From the IMG/VR virus record IMGVR_UViG_3300030381_000056: DNA of 57,117 nucleotides; one strand, written 5' to 3'. The notes beneath the pieces were generated by a model. The model had not been told where the DNA came from and did not search any database. It saw only the letters and a list, made by a program, of their open reading frames with translations. Shown in pieces: positions 32,117 through 41,264 of the stretch (positions are counted from its first letter, which is position 1; every line of letters begins with the position of its first letter). The DNA is from a virus. The translations under genes and the position numbers were made by a program.

Positions 32117-32599
32117 TCAGTTTAGTTCCTTAACCCAACGCTGCTTCTTTTCTCCGATGGGGTATTTCGGTTTTTCTGGGAACAAACTCATTTGTGTTGC
32201 GATAACCTCTCTCGGTCTGCTCGGCACATTCCAATCAGTTCCACCAACCCCATTAGCTTCGAGCACCCATCCTGATGCTTTAAGACTCGCCCCGGATTCT
32301 GACGAAAGAATGTATGTTATGATTCTGCGATACCCCATTTCTTTTGCTATTCTTGCGGCTCTTGAATAAAGAAAACTGCATACATCCTTTGTGCCATTTG
32401 TGCATAATCTTAATACCTCGAGCGTTTTACCATCGTCCAGGACTCTTGATACTGGTCTTCCAACTTGCACAACTCCAACTATTTCATTATCTTGCATTGC
32501 TGCTATTCGGAATTTGTCTCTGTGTGCTGCCTGATGATGCCTGTGATATTTGTTTATATAGGACTGTGCATCTTTCAATTCAATAGGTACTGCTACCAA
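32117..32599 (-). CDS. XF1762-family / GNAT-like protein, TTG start
   Basis: INKYHRHHQAAHRDKFRIAAMQDNEIVGVVQVGRPVSR...CTNGTKDVCSFLYSRAARIAKEMGYRRIITY pattern; GGAGG RBS. Confidence 0.55.
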   Translation of the reverse strand: MVAVPIELKDAQSYINKYHRHHQAAHRDKFRIAAMQDNEIVGVVQVGRPVSRVLDDGKTLEVLRLCTNGTKDVCSFLYSRAARIAKEMGYRRIITYILSSESGASLKASGWVLEANGVGGTDWNVPSRPREVIATQMSLFPEKPKYPIGEKKQRWVKELN

Positions 32600-32642
32600 A
32601 TAATCACTTCCTCCACTAAATCCTAATTTAACTTATTAAAAA

Positions 32643-32722
32643 CAACTCAAATAGAAACTCAAATTTTTAATAAAATTTTTCACTTTTTAACTCAACTTTT
32701 GAGTTATTGAGCGGGAACTCAA
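32643..32722. repeat. Four direct AACTCAA heptamers plus an AACTC/GAGTT hairpin in the intergenic region
   Basis: Copies at 32643, 32655, 32688 and 32716. Confidence 0.55.
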
Positions 32723-32727
32723 TTTTT

Positions 32728-32802
32728 TTAGTTCCTGATTTCACTTCCTACGCTTGCGCCGCCACCACCAGCAAAGCAGTCAATGATAATGTTATTTTTC
32801 AT
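32728..32802 (-). pseudogene. 24-codon remnant carrying a SAM-dependent (C5-type) DNA methyltransferase motif I
   Basis: MKNNIIIDCFAGGGGASVGSEIRN*; ATGA-coupled to the upstream methylase stop. No continuation in any frame. Confidence 0.5.
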
Positions 32803-33500
32803 GGCATCACCTCCGGCATAAAATCAGATAATCGCATTTGTGCCATTTCTGCATCTAATCTCTTTTTGGACAAATCATAATAATGTTTGTCCAGTTCAAA
32901 GCCAACATATGGATGGTTGGTTCTGTAGCAGGCTATCAAGCTGCTGGCACTGCCTACATGTGTGTCCAAGATAATGTCTCCGGGCTTTGCATAGCGGTTT
33001 AGGAGCCATTCATATAGTGCTACCGGCTTTTGTGTAGGGTGGATACGCTTTTCATTTAATGCCTTATTCCCCTGCTGAATAGTTCCTTCAGTAATGGACT
33101 TTCCCTGAAACATTCCGTTCCACATATAACTGAACAATCTTACAGAATCATGCATACTGCAGTAAGCGATCTCGCAGTCTGAAAAATCACTGTTACCATT
33201 GCACTTGTCCCATACAATTCTTCCTGGACTGAATGGATATTCAAAATAATTACATCCCCAAATTATCTGCTCTTTTGACACCCTAAACAATTCTTTGAAA
33301 TAATCTTCATCCGGCACCTGCCAACATTCTGACTTTTCGTATATCCTCTGTACACCTATTGGAGATATCTTTTTACCATAGAATCCTCTTCGTTCAGGTC
33401 CTGAGAAATACGGTGGATCCACAATCGCAAGGTCAAAGTAACCATCCGGGAACTCTTTCATCCCATCCATGCAATCCATGTTGTAATATCCAAAATCCAT
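32799..33500 (-). CDS. DNA methyltransferase (N6-A/N4-C family, DPPY motif)
   Basis: IVDPPYFSG near the N-terminus, ILDTHVGSASS (SAM motif) near the C-terminus; 233 aa. Confidence 0.75.
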   Translation of the reverse strand: MDFGYYNMDCMDGMKEFPDGYFDLAIVDPPYFSGPERRGFYGKKISPIGVQRIYEKSECWQVPDEDYFKELFRVSKEQIIWGCNYFEYPFSPGRIVWDKCNGNSDFSDCEIAYCSMHDSVRLFSYMWNGMFQGKSITEGTIQQGNKALNEKRIHPTQKPVALYEWLLNRYAKPGDIILDTHVGSASSLIACYRTNHPYVGFELDKHYYDLSKKRLDAEMAQMRLSDFMPEVMP

Positions 33501-34348
33501 TACGGCATCACCCCCGGAATATCCTCAAAACTAATCTGATTATCTCTTTCAAAGACAATCATCTCATTTTTGGCTCTCTGATAAAAGTTGCGGTCAATCT
33601 CAAATCCGAATGCACTTCTCCCGATCTCTGCGGCTGCTCTTAAGGTACTTCCGCTACCACAGCAAGGATCAATCACTACATCACCGGGATCTGTAAAAAT
33701 CTCTATCAGTTTTTTCAGTACCGATACCGGCTTCTGTGCCGGATGGATTTTCGGAATATCTTTTCCGTCTTTCTCCCATGTGAACCAGTTAAAAATCATT
33801 TTCCCAGTGCCACGGATTGTCTTTCCGTCCTCGTCAACCTTTGCACCGTTCCGGAACTTCGGCAGCTTGTCACGGTAGAACACAAGAGCATATTCAGTAG
33901 CACCAACCACACGCATATTTGCCTTAAGCACCTGCGGACTGTAATTTTTAACAAATACCAACGGTATGTAATGGACGAATCCATGCTTATAGGCGGCATC
34001 AATCAGCGTAGGCATCTGTTCAAAAGAGCAGAACACGATCATGCAAGGGCTGTTGCTACTTCTTCCCCTGGTAACGCTATTCTTGTCTTCTTTTTTCAGC
34101 ATCTTTGAGCAGAAATGGAAATACTCATACAGATTAAAGTTGAAATCGGAATTGAATGCCGCCTTGCCTGCCAGCTTGCTTTCTCCGTTCTTATTATCCC
34201 CACCGTTGTACCACATAGGGTTACTGCCGTAGAAGTTCTTGCCGACATTATACGGGACATCGGCAATGATAAGCTGTGCCGGAGGTATGGCATATTTCTT
34301 ATAGTTCTGCATTGAATCTCTGTAAATCTCACATTTTAATTTTTTCAT
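33500..34348 (-). CDS. DNA methyltransferase (N6-A/N4-C family, DVPY motif)
   Basis: IIADVPYNVG and VIDPCCGSGSTLRAA motifs; 282 aa. Confidence 0.75.
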   Translation of the reverse strand: MKKLKCEIYRDSMQNYKKYAIPPAQLIIADVPYNVGKNFYGSNPMWYNGGDNKNGESKLAGKAAFNSDFNFNLYEYFHFCSKMLKKEDKNSVTRGRSSNSPCMIVFCSFEQMPTLIDAAYKHGFVHYIPLVFVKNYSPQVLKANMRVVGATEYALVFYRDKLPKFRNGAKVDEDGKTIRGTGKMIFNWFTWEKDGKDIPKIHPAQKPVSVLKKLIEIFTDPGDVVIDPCCGSGSTLRAAAEIGRSAFGFEIDRNFYQRAKNEMIVFERDNQISFEDIPGVMP

Positions 34349-34407
34349 TTTTTCAAGGAGACCGCATATGCTTCACTCTGGCCAGAGTCTCGGCTCCTTT
34401 CTTGGTT

Positions 34408-34878
34408 TTATCTAACTATCGTTTCTGCTTGTTCCTTGTACTGCATCCCCGCCATCTTCACCAGATAATGCTGTAAGGCTTCTTCGACGCTGATTCTGTG
34501 CTTCACGCAGTATCTGTCAACATACCGCTTAAAGTCCTCATTTTCGGCATACAGGGCGGTATAATCAATGTTATTCATTTTTGCATCACGCTCCTTTAAG
34601 ATTTCATCCAAGCAGTCATTCCATCCTATCTTGTATGATGGCATTTTACCGCCTTTTGCATAATAATCAGAATTGTATTTTCCACACACTTCCATCTTTT
34701 CCGGCAGTTCCCGGAGCGGACACCAATCCGGTCTATCTTCGTAGTGCCCGCCATTTATCGGAATCGTTTCTCCTGTAATTGCACAGTCGTAAAGTTCATC
34801 ATCTTTATAACTGGGATATTTGCAAGTGCAATTTTCACAGGTATCCGGCATATCCATAATCAATACTGCTTTAGACAT
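34408..34878 (-). CDS. Hypothetical Cys-rich protein (156 aa)
   Basis: Co-oriented ORF; CENCTC..C...C pattern. Confidence 0.55.
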   Translation of the reverse strand: MSKAVLIMDMPDTCENCTCKYPSYKDDELYDCAITGETIPINGGHYEDRPDWCPLRELPEKMEVCGKYNSDYYAKGGKMPSYKIGWNDCLDEILKERDAKMNNIDYTALYAENEDFKRYVDRYCVKHRISVEEALQHYLVKMAGMQYKEQAETIVR

Positions 34879-34881
34879 CCT

Positions 34882-35169
34882 CTACACCTCCTGTTTTAAG
34901 TTTAATGTCCCATCCGAGTTGAAAATAATTTCAGCAATAATAATTCTTCCGTTTTTACTATTACTGCCTCTTAACTTTCTCAGGCACTTCATTTCGTCCA
35001 GCAATTTAATATATTTACTGTTTCCCTTTGCCATAAATGATATTTGCACCCTTGGACTCACATAAAAAGACTTGCACCCGGTATTTACTTTGGCTACTGG
35101 AATATACAAAGAAATAAAATTATTTGCTGTCTTATATAATTTCTCCCAATCATAGCTGTCTATATTCAT
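34882..35169 (-). CDS. Hypothetical protein (95 aa)
   Basis: Start trimmed to MNIDSYDWEK, just after the upstream stop at 35171. Confidence 0.45.
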   Translation of the reverse strand: MNIDSYDWEKLYKTANNFISLYIPVAKVNTGCKSFYVSPRVQISFMAKGNSKYIKLLDEMKCLRKLRGSNSKNGRIIIAEIIFNSDGTLNLKQEV

Positions 35170-35170
35170 G

Positions 35171-35833
35171 TCACACTCCTTCCGGTTTCTCGCACCGCTC
35201 AAATTCAATAACCCAAACCCACGGATTCGCATTCCAACCGTAGCGGTTAATGTCGGATTTCTTGATGGTGGAGTTCCAAAGTTTATGAAATCCATCGACC
35301 ATATTAGGGTCTCCACCACTGTCTGGGTCTGAAAACGTTGGATGCCATCCATTGTTTTCGTAGCATACTTCATCCCAAGGGTCTGTGCCCTCCATGCATG
35401 CTTGTTCCTCTGTAATCTCCTGTAACCGCTCCACCCTCACATCCGTAACCTTAAGCCAGATACGTGCCGCTTCTTTCGGCATGTGGATGGATGGGTGCCA
35501 CTTTATCACATTTCCAAGATGGTCAATGTTCTCCCCATCTGCCTTATATACATATCCAAAGGACAATTCCGAATACGATTCTCTCACGTACAATATATCG
35601 CTCGGGCATATCGGGCAGGTACGTTCTGCTATGCTTAACTTGTCTGTGTGCTCTTTGTCCGCATAATTATGTACTGCGTAAGTACGTTTATCAGAATCAT
35701 AAAAATCCATATCCGGCACAACATAATCATTGGCATCTTTATTGATTCTTCTAGTGCAACTCTTTCTCCCGTCCAGAATCGCCCGAACCATCTCGGTGTT
35801 GAATAAAATCGGTTTAATTGCCATCCCCTGCAC
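35171..35833 (-). CDS. ASCH-like domain protein
   Basis: KPILFNTEMVRAILDGRKSCTRR N-terminus is typical of phage ASCH-type proteins. Confidence 0.55.
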   Translation of the reverse strand: MQGMAIKPILFNTEMVRAILDGRKSCTRRINKDANDYVVPDMDFYDSDKRTYAVHNYADKEHTDKLSIAERTCPICPSDILYVRESYSELSFGYVYKADGENIDHLGNVIKWHPSIHMPKEAARIWLKVTDVRVERLQEITEEQACMEGTDPWDEVCYENNGWHPTFSDPDSGGDPNMVDGFHKLWNSTIKKSDINRYGWNANPWVWVIEFERCEKPEGV

Positions 35834-36206
35834 CTACTTTCTCAAAATAGAACTTAATCGGTTCTCTGTTTTCCTGCACCATGCCGTATCTGACTGCGAT
35901 ATTGTATGTGCACACATCTCTTGCCAGCCTGTCCGGTATCTTCTGTAACTGCTTTCGAAAGTCTTCCAGTTCCATTGTTGCCTTGTAGCGATTGCACGAA
36001 CCACAAGACGGCATCAGATTGCTTATGTCGTGTACGTCTATTCCGGTAAATTCCTCTGTGTACTCATAATTTCTAAGACAATGCAAATGATCTACATTAA
36101 AACATTTCTCCGGTATTTCACAGCCGCAATAAGCACAGTGACCATTGTATTTCGCATACACTAATTTTCTAACTGATTTAGGAATCGGTTTTCGCATCTG
36201 CTCCAC
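35814..36206 (-). CDS. HNH endonuclease
   Basis: GHCAYCGCEI..FNVDHLHCL...MPSCGSCNRYK. Confidence 0.75.
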   Translation of the reverse strand: MEQMRKPIPKSVRKLVYAKYNGHCAYCGCEIPEKCFNVDHLHCLRNYEYTEEFTGIDVHDISNLMPSCGSCNRYKATMELEDFRKQLQKIPDRLARDVCTYNIAVRYGMVQENREPIKFYFEKVGAGDGN

Positions 36207-36501
36207 CTGCCTTTACAATCTCCAACAAATCATCTACCAAATCCTTGACCTCATACATCATCATAGTGTCGTAGGATTTTGACTGCTGATCTTTTGTCTT
36301 ATTTCCATACTTCGCACAGTCTTTCAGGAATTCTGTGCGTTCTTCCAACTGTTCCACAGCCTTGTCCGGGTCGTAGGCGGTCGGCTGCGCATCAATAACA
36401 GAGGCAGCACGTAAAAAGTCTAAGCAATCCATATCTTCATTCTTTGAAATTGCTTTTTCTAAATCCGCTTTTAATTTATCCGCATAAATCAATTTTCCCA
36501 T
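36178..36501 (-). CDS. Hypothetical protein (107 aa)
   Basis: Co-oriented, overlapping junctions. Confidence 0.5.
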   Translation of the reverse strand: MGKLIYADKLKADLEKAISKNEDMDCLDFLRAASVIDAQPTAYDPDKAVEQLEERTEFLKDCAKYGNKTKDQQSKSYDTMMMYEVKDLVDDLLEIVKAGGADAKTDS

Positions 36502-37001
36502 CGTTCATCCTCCTGTTTCTCGCCAGATGAATTGTACATACTCAAATATGTTTCAAAATCGTTCGGGTTCATCTTGTCCGCAAGGAAATCCAAGAAATCC
36601 TTATTCCGCAAACATTCCTCCACCGTGCAGATCTGACGGTACTGCTTATGCTCTTCCATCATCTCAATCAGCTTTTTGAGGTCGTACCCTCTCTGCACTA
36701 GGTTATCCTCAAATTTTATGTATTCTGCGATATTGTCCTGGTCAATCCCACGCTCGATCATAGCTTTGCAGATCTCAACGGCATTTCTACAGGTGCCAAT
36801 CTTTCCGATCTGGCGGTACTGTTGCACCTCTTCCAGTGCCTTAATTGCTGTTTTCACACTTGTAATGTGTTCAGCGCCAGTACCCTGCATATAACATAAT
36901 TCGCAATCATCGCAACTTTCATTACAACTTACAATTTTTGCTCTACGGCTTTCACATTCAAGATATGCATGTAATTTTTCTATTGCTTCATTCTCCGTCA
37001 T
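36489..37001 (-). CDS. Hypothetical protein (170 aa)
   Basis: Co-oriented, overlapping junctions. Confidence 0.5.
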   Translation of the reverse strand: MTENEAIEKLHAYLECESRRAKIVSCNESCDDCELCYMQGTGAEHITSVKTAIKALEEVQQYRQIGKIGTCRNAVEICKAMIERGIDQDNIAEYIKFEDNLVQRGYDLKKLIEMMEEHKQYRQICTVEECLRNKDFLDFLADKMNPNDFETYLSMYNSSGEKQEDERWEN

Positions 37002-37003
37002 GG

Positions 37004-37447
37004 CTACCCCTCCAACAGTTCCGGGCTGTCAAACGTATTGCCGATAACTTCCATTCTACTTGCTATATATTCGTCAAGATAAAGATATTGCAAACCCATA
37101 GGACTTCTATATTTTCTAACAAATGACGCTTGCATTTTGTTCCATTCAATGCAAATTGTTTTTTTATCTCTTGTGATTAAATCGGAATAACTAGCAATAT
37201 CATTCTCCCAAATCACCCTACCGTTCTTGTCCTTCAGTCCGGTACACTGGCAGATGGTATTCGGGTCTATCTCGTAGAAATTTATACCAGTAACATTCCA
37301 ATCATCACAAGCAGTTCCATTGTATTTTTCAATAACAATTCCGCCAATAAATACTCTTCCATTTTCAAATCCATCATCAAACAAGTAACCATGTACCCAT
37401 TCTCCATTATCAATCCGCTTTCCACGGAATAAATATCTATCTTGCAT
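37004..37447 (-). CDS. YopX-family protein
   Basis: MQDRYLFRGKRIDNGEWVHGYLF... and C-terminal EVIGNTFDSPELL are typical of YopX. Confidence 0.7.
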   Translation of the reverse strand: MQDRYLFRGKRIDNGEWVHGYLFDDGFENGRVFIGGIVIEKYNGTACDDWNVTGINFYEIDPNTICQCTGLKDKNGRVIWENDIASYSDLITRDKKTICIEWNKMQASFVRKYRSPMGLQYLYLDEYIASRMEVIGNTFDSPELLEG

Positions 37448-37450
37448 CCT

Positions 37451-37657
37451 TCATTCCTCACTTTCTTTCTGTAACCATGCCAACGTACAATCTTTACAAT
37501 CATGACTAAAATCGCATACCTTGTCACTTTTTAATAAATTCCGCAGTACACATAATAGCGCCATTGCCAACTCCTCGTCCGTCATGCTCCTGATCCGGTC
37601 TGCGTTTGTCTGTTTATTTGTCACTGCATATCCATTAGGATGTATTCCATCTTTCAT
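37451..37657 (-). CDS. Hypothetical protein (68 aa)
   Basis: Co-oriented ORF. Confidence 0.45.
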   Translation of the reverse strand: MKDGIHPNGYAVTNKQTNADRIRSMTDEELAMALLCVLRNLLKSDKVCDFSHDCKDCTLAWLQKESEE

Positions 37658-37658
37658 A

Positions 37659-37820
37659 TCATTCCTCTCTTTCTCGGTACGACTCCGGCAGTGGCATCCA
37701 AGCTATAACTACATGATCTGTACCGTATAAAGTTTTACCTTCGTTTGTTCTCGTCCACCACTCTTTGTTGTCATGTCTGTAAACACCAATACACACTTCT
37801 CCAGTATCAAAAGTAACCAT
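37659..37820 (-). CDS. DUF551-like C-terminal half (53 aa)
   Basis: MVTFDTGEVCIGVYRH...HVVIAWMPLPESY; below the ORF-track cutoff; starts 2 nt after the upstream stop, in another frame. Confidence 0.45.
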   Translation of the reverse strand: MVTFDTGEVCIGVYRHDNKEWWTRTNEGKTLYGTDHVVIAWMPLPESYREREE

Positions 37821-37822
37821 AT

Positions 37823-38032
37823 TTATCGGATAGTTTCCGATATCTTTTCCGGCAGTCTCTCACTCACCGGAATCCACACCGGCTGATTCTGCAAGGCGGT
37901 GATTGCCATTTGTAATGCTTCCTCACAGCAATGATCTACTCCTGTTTGTCCGTACAGATGACATTCTTCACAAACCTCTGAGTACCGTTCGCTCTGAGCC
38001 TTTAAGCAGTAAATAGCTTCTTCTCTCTTCAT
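37823..38032 (-). CDS. Cys-rich protein ending in a DUF551-like N-terminal motif
   Basis: ...QPVWIPVSERLPEK then stop. Confidence 0.45.
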   Translation of the reverse strand: MKREEAIYCLKAQSERYSEVCEECHLYGQTGVDHCCEEALQMAITALQNQPVWIPVSERLPEKISETIR

Positions 38033-38451
38033 TCCGCACCTTCCATTTCTGCCAGTTTGGCTTCGGCTTCGTTTTTTGTTAAGAATACTATTTTGCCAAA
38101 ATCACATTCTCTAAAATATACTCCTATAAAATGATTTGTTACCTTAGCGTAAATTCTATATTGTTCTCCGCTTTCATAAAATGATACACTAGAAACATAA
38201 GCTTCATAGACTTCGTCTTTCATGTTCTCATCATATTCAATATCATCAAACACATTAAATGGAGAAGTGACTACATAAACTGTATCTCCCACCTTGCAAG
38301 GCAACCGCAGTAACAATTCCTGTTCCTCGGCATCCTCATAGGCTTTGAGTTTTCGATAAACTGCATCTATTGCCTCACAATCCGGTTCGCATGCCCTTTC
38401 CCACATTTCATCATCAATCCATGACGGATTTCTTTCTGTCAGTCTCTCCAT
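38029..38451 (-). CDS. Hypothetical protein (140 aa)
   Basis: AAAGGAG RBS; co-oriented. Confidence 0.5.
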   Translation of the reverse strand: MERLTERNPSWIDDEMWERACEPDCEAIDAVYRKLKAYEDAEEQELLLRLPCKVGDTVYVVTSPFNVFDDIEYDENMKDEVYEAYVSSVSFYESGEQYRIYAKVTNHFIGVYFRECDFGKIVFLTKNEAEAKLAEMEGAE

Positions 38452-38605
38452 CCTTGCTCCTTTCCGGAATCCTCGGTCTCTCCGCCATCACTGGATATCT
38501 GCACTCATACGGCTTCGTGCGTCCGATTCTAATAGCATCAGCAACCGGATGTGTAGCCATGTAGAGTAAGTCACCGTTCTGAAAGTTTCCTGTTCCCTCT
38601 CTCAT
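38414..38605 (-). CDS. Hypothetical protein (63 aa)
   Basis: ATGA coupling to the upstream stop; start trimmed to MREGTGNF. Confidence 0.4.
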   Translation of the reverse strand: MREGTGNFQNGDLLYMATHPVADAIRIGRTKPYECRYPVMAERPRIPERSKDGETDRKKSVMD

Positions 38606-38904
38606 ACAGCTACACTCCTTTTTCCGTATGTACTTGCGATTCTGTATACATTGCAAATTTCTCTGTAATATATTTCCTGTGCATGGATATGAGCATCCAC
38701 ACGGTCAAGTTCCGTCTCACACCACTTTGCAAATTCTTCTGTGGATAACGGTGTCTCTGAAGCATCGAATTTCTCACTTTTATCAATCACAAAACTCACC
38801 ATATCAACCGGAATGTGGTTCAAATCCGCAAGAATCTGAATCTGTTTGTCCTTATCCTCCGCTTTTTCATAATTTTCCAACAATTCATAGCCTGTCATTT
38901 GCAT
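38602..38904 (-). CDS. Hypothetical acidic protein (100 aa)
   Basis: Co-oriented ORF. Confidence 0.5.
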   Translation of the reverse strand: MQMTGYELLENYEKAEDKDKQIQILADLNHIPVDMVSFVIDKSEKFDASETPLSTEEFAKWCETELDRVDAHIHAQEIYYREICNVYRIASTYGKRSVAV

Positions 38905-38909
38905 TTATA

Positions 38910-39332
38910 TCACCTCTTATCAAGTTTGATTTCGTTGTCGTAACAACGCTTCTTTGGATTTCCCTCTACGGGAGAAACCATCTTTTTAGGGTCTGTGGTG
39001 TATGCTCCGTTTAGCTTTACACCTATTTTGCTTTTTTCATCCACGTAGCACGATGGCTTGTAACGATCTGGTGGAATGTAGTTGTGAATGCGCCAGTGCT
39101 TTACCAGCACAACACCGCTATCAAAAGATAGCAGGAATCTGCTGTCTATAAGTATCTTCAAATCATCATCAGAAGCGCCGCACATCCTTATGATTTTCCG
39201 TGGATTGTTCACAAATCCGTCATCGTCAGCGTTCATGCAGATATGGAAATAAAGCATTTGAGCCGTAGCAGGAATATCCAAAAAAGCATCACTCTCAATT
39301 ATTTTTGCGCTGAACATTCTTTTTTCTGCCAT
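38910..39332 (-). CDS. Replisome organizer (Phage_rep_org_N / DnaD-like N-terminal domain)
   Basis: MAEKRMFSAKIIESDAFLDIPATAQMLYFHICMNADDDGFVNNP matches the family pattern; AAGGAG RBS. Confidence 0.7.
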   Translation of the reverse strand: MAEKRMFSAKIIESDAFLDIPATAQMLYFHICMNADDDGFVNNPRKIIRMCGASDDDLKILIDSRFLLSFDSGVVLVKHWRIHNYIPPDRYKPSCYVDEKSKIGVKLNGAYTTDPKKMVSPVEGNPKKRCYDNEIKLDKR

Positions 39333-39342
39333 ATAGAACTCC

Positions 39343-39918
39343 TTACTCAAAAATAGGCTTCTCAATATAGATCCCGGTATTTTCCACCAGTTCTCTCCAT
39401 AAATCCATGAAATCCTTTCCGTTGCACTTGTCTCCAGCTTTGTCCATGTGGTCAGAAAACTTATCCTTGAAATTCGTCAGTTTCTTCTTACCGAATCCAT
39501 CTTCCATAAGGATCACCATTCCATATAGGATGTACCTTGTGGACAACTCATTGATAAGATTGTTGCATCTGACCTGTTCCTGGATGCATTTCTGCGCTAC
39601 AACCGACTTGTAATGCGGATAATCAGCTTCGGTAAATTCCTTGTACTTAATCGTCCAGTCTGCAAAATCGTTAAGCCTGCTCTGTAACTCCGTATAAGGC
39701 TCATTCTCGTACTTTTCGTTGTACTCTGTGAATTTACCGCAGAAGTCGGAAAGTTTCGTCTGTGAGTACTTGTAGTCTTTCCACAAGGTATAGCAGAAGA
39801 GTGTAAGTATTCCGGTGAATGGACTTCTCTCCGCAGACTGCTTCAAAAGTTCTGTCTGCCGCATGATTTTCAAAATTTCCTGCGGATTGTCATATCGTTT
39901 TGGCATTTTATGTATCAC
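39343..39918 (-). CDS. Hypothetical protein (191 aa), replication module
   Basis: Co-oriented ORF. Confidence 0.5.
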   Translation of the reverse strand: MIHKMPKRYDNPQEILKIMRQTELLKQSAERSPFTGILTLFCYTLWKDYKYSQTKLSDFCGKFTEYNEKYENEPYTELQSRLNDFADWTIKYKEFTEADYPHYKSVVAQKCIQEQVRCNNLINELSTRYILYGMVILMEDGFGKKKLTNFKDKFSDHMDKAGDKCNGKDFMDLWRELVENTGIYIEKPIFE

Positions 39919-40106
39919 CTCTTTTCAAGTTCTGGCTCTTTCTTTTTGCAATGAGTAGCACCAAATTCTGACTTTCCTGCATATTCGTAGCAATCAACAC
40001 ATTTCCATTTACAACTCTGATATGGTTTGTGAGTACGTCCGTTGATTGAGTGCATTGTGTTTGGGTACTCATTCCAACAGCTACAATCGTAATTTTTTTC
40101 ACTCAT
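39915..40106 (-). CDS. Cys-rich small protein (63 aa)
   Basis: Seven Cys; co-oriented. Confidence 0.45.
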   Translation of the reverse strand: MSEKNYDCSCWNEYPNTMHSINGRTHKPYQSCKWKCVDCYEYAGKSEFGATHCKKKEPELEKR

Positions 40107-40132
40107 GTAATCTTCTCAAACTTCTTTAACAA

Positions 40133-40297
40133 TCACTCATTACACAACTGGATGCCCTCAAAATCGTAAAGTTCCTCGACTTCATCATCGCATTCGTCAC
40201 AGTAAAGATTTTTCACATTACGGTTCGGACAACTGCTGCCGAGACAAGGATAACTTTCAGTAGCACATCCGCAGTATTCATCTTTGTATTTAACCAT
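40133..40297 (-). CDS. Cys-rich small protein (54 aa)
   Basis: MVKYKDEYCGCATESYPCLGSSCPNRNVKNLYCDECDDEVEELYDFEGIQLCNE; below the ORF-track cutoff. Confidence 0.45.
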   Translation of the reverse strand: MVKYKDEYCGCATESYPCLGSSCPNRNVKNLYCDECDDEVEELYDFEGIQLCNE

Positions 40298-40514
40298 CGT
40301 TCTTATCCTCTATATCTTCGGACCACTTAAAGTTCTTGCAACGATTCCAATAGTTTTTGTTTTTCTCATGCAATTTGCAGAAACCACTATCGGATAATTC
40401 TCTATCCCAAAACTCGCAATTACTGCATCTTGTGTTAGATTTCTTGCTTTTATCAACTCTCCTCATCACTACTACCGTCCTTTTCTCCATGCAAAAGTTC
40501 CATAAACCGAACAA
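40290..40514 (-). CDS. Cys-rich small protein; start uncertain
   Basis: RCSNCEFW...FCKLH...RCKNF. Confidence 0.45.
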   Translation of the reverse strand: MFGLWNFCMEKRTVVVMRRVDKSKKSNTRCSNCEFWDRELSDSGFCKLHEKNKNYWNRCKNFKWSEDIEDKNDG

Positions 40515-41061
40515 ATTGTCTTTGCGACACTGAATTATTTTGCTTCTCCGGCTTCAAACCTATGACAAGATGCTTGTCGGCAATGTTCGCAAGTTCCCTT
40601 GCAAGGTTGATTCTGCCTTGCTGAATGCCTTGTGAATAGGTTTTAGGCTGTTTGTATTGCCCTGTTACTTGCTTTCCTTTTCCTTGGCTTCCTGCCGTGA
40701 CGTTATACATCTGAATACCACTGTCAGAGCATTTTTTAATATACTCAACTTCTTTTTCATCAAGTTCTGATAACCCACAAATTAAAAAATGTAATGACCA
40801 CCCATGCGGATTGTCTTTACTCTTAAAACCATGTTTTTTAAGGCTCAATGCTATATGGTCGTATTCCGCAAGGTGAGAAGATGTCCGCTCCAAAAGTTTG
40901 ACAGCTTGCCCACAATATCCTCTTCTGATTCCTGCTTCGTCCACTCTGTAGAATAAATAGATTCCGCTAACATTCGATATTTCGGGGCATATCTGTTTTA
41001 TTCTTTTCTCACGTTCTGCTTTCATAGCATAGATTTTCTTCCAATCAGCCAACCACTTCAC
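40453..41061 (-). CDS. GIY-YIG nuclease-domain protein
   Basis: SGIYLFYRVDEAGIRRGYCGQA...E..YI motifs. Confidence 0.6.
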   Translation of the reverse strand: MKWLADWKKIYAMKAEREKRIKQICPEISNVSGIYLFYRVDEAGIRRGYCGQAVKLLERTSSHLAEYDHIALSLKKHGFKSKDNPHGWSLHFLICGLSELDEKEVEYIKKCSDSGIQMYNVTAGSQGKGKQVTGQYKQPKTYSQGIQQGRINLARELANIADKHLVIGLKPEKQNNSVSQRQFVRFMELLHGEKDGSSDEES

Positions 41062-41264
41062 CGCCTTTCAAATGGAATCAAATATCCGTCCGGCAAAGCA
41101 TTTATAATATTTCTCAATGCCCCATATCCTGTCTTTTGCATATTGACTAAAGAATTGTTTTGACAGGTATTCAGTTCGGATATGTTTGAATCAATGCTCT
41201 GCATTATTTCACTTCTTAATTGTGGTGTAAGTGGTCTATAAAATGTGTCAGCCATTCGCACCAC
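41058..41264 (-). CDS. Hypothetical protein (68 aa)
   Basis: Co-oriented, overlapping junctions. Confidence 0.45.
   Translation of the reverse strand: MVRMADTFYRPLTPQLRSEIMQSIDSNISELNTCQNNSLVNMQKTGYGALRNIINALPDGYLIPFERR

Noticed and set aside
35814-41061. HNH (35814..36206) and GIY-YIG (40453..41061) genes as markers of self-splicing introns or inteins
   Set aside because: Both are free-standing ORFs between intact genes. No split host gene or flanking exon-like halves were seen.
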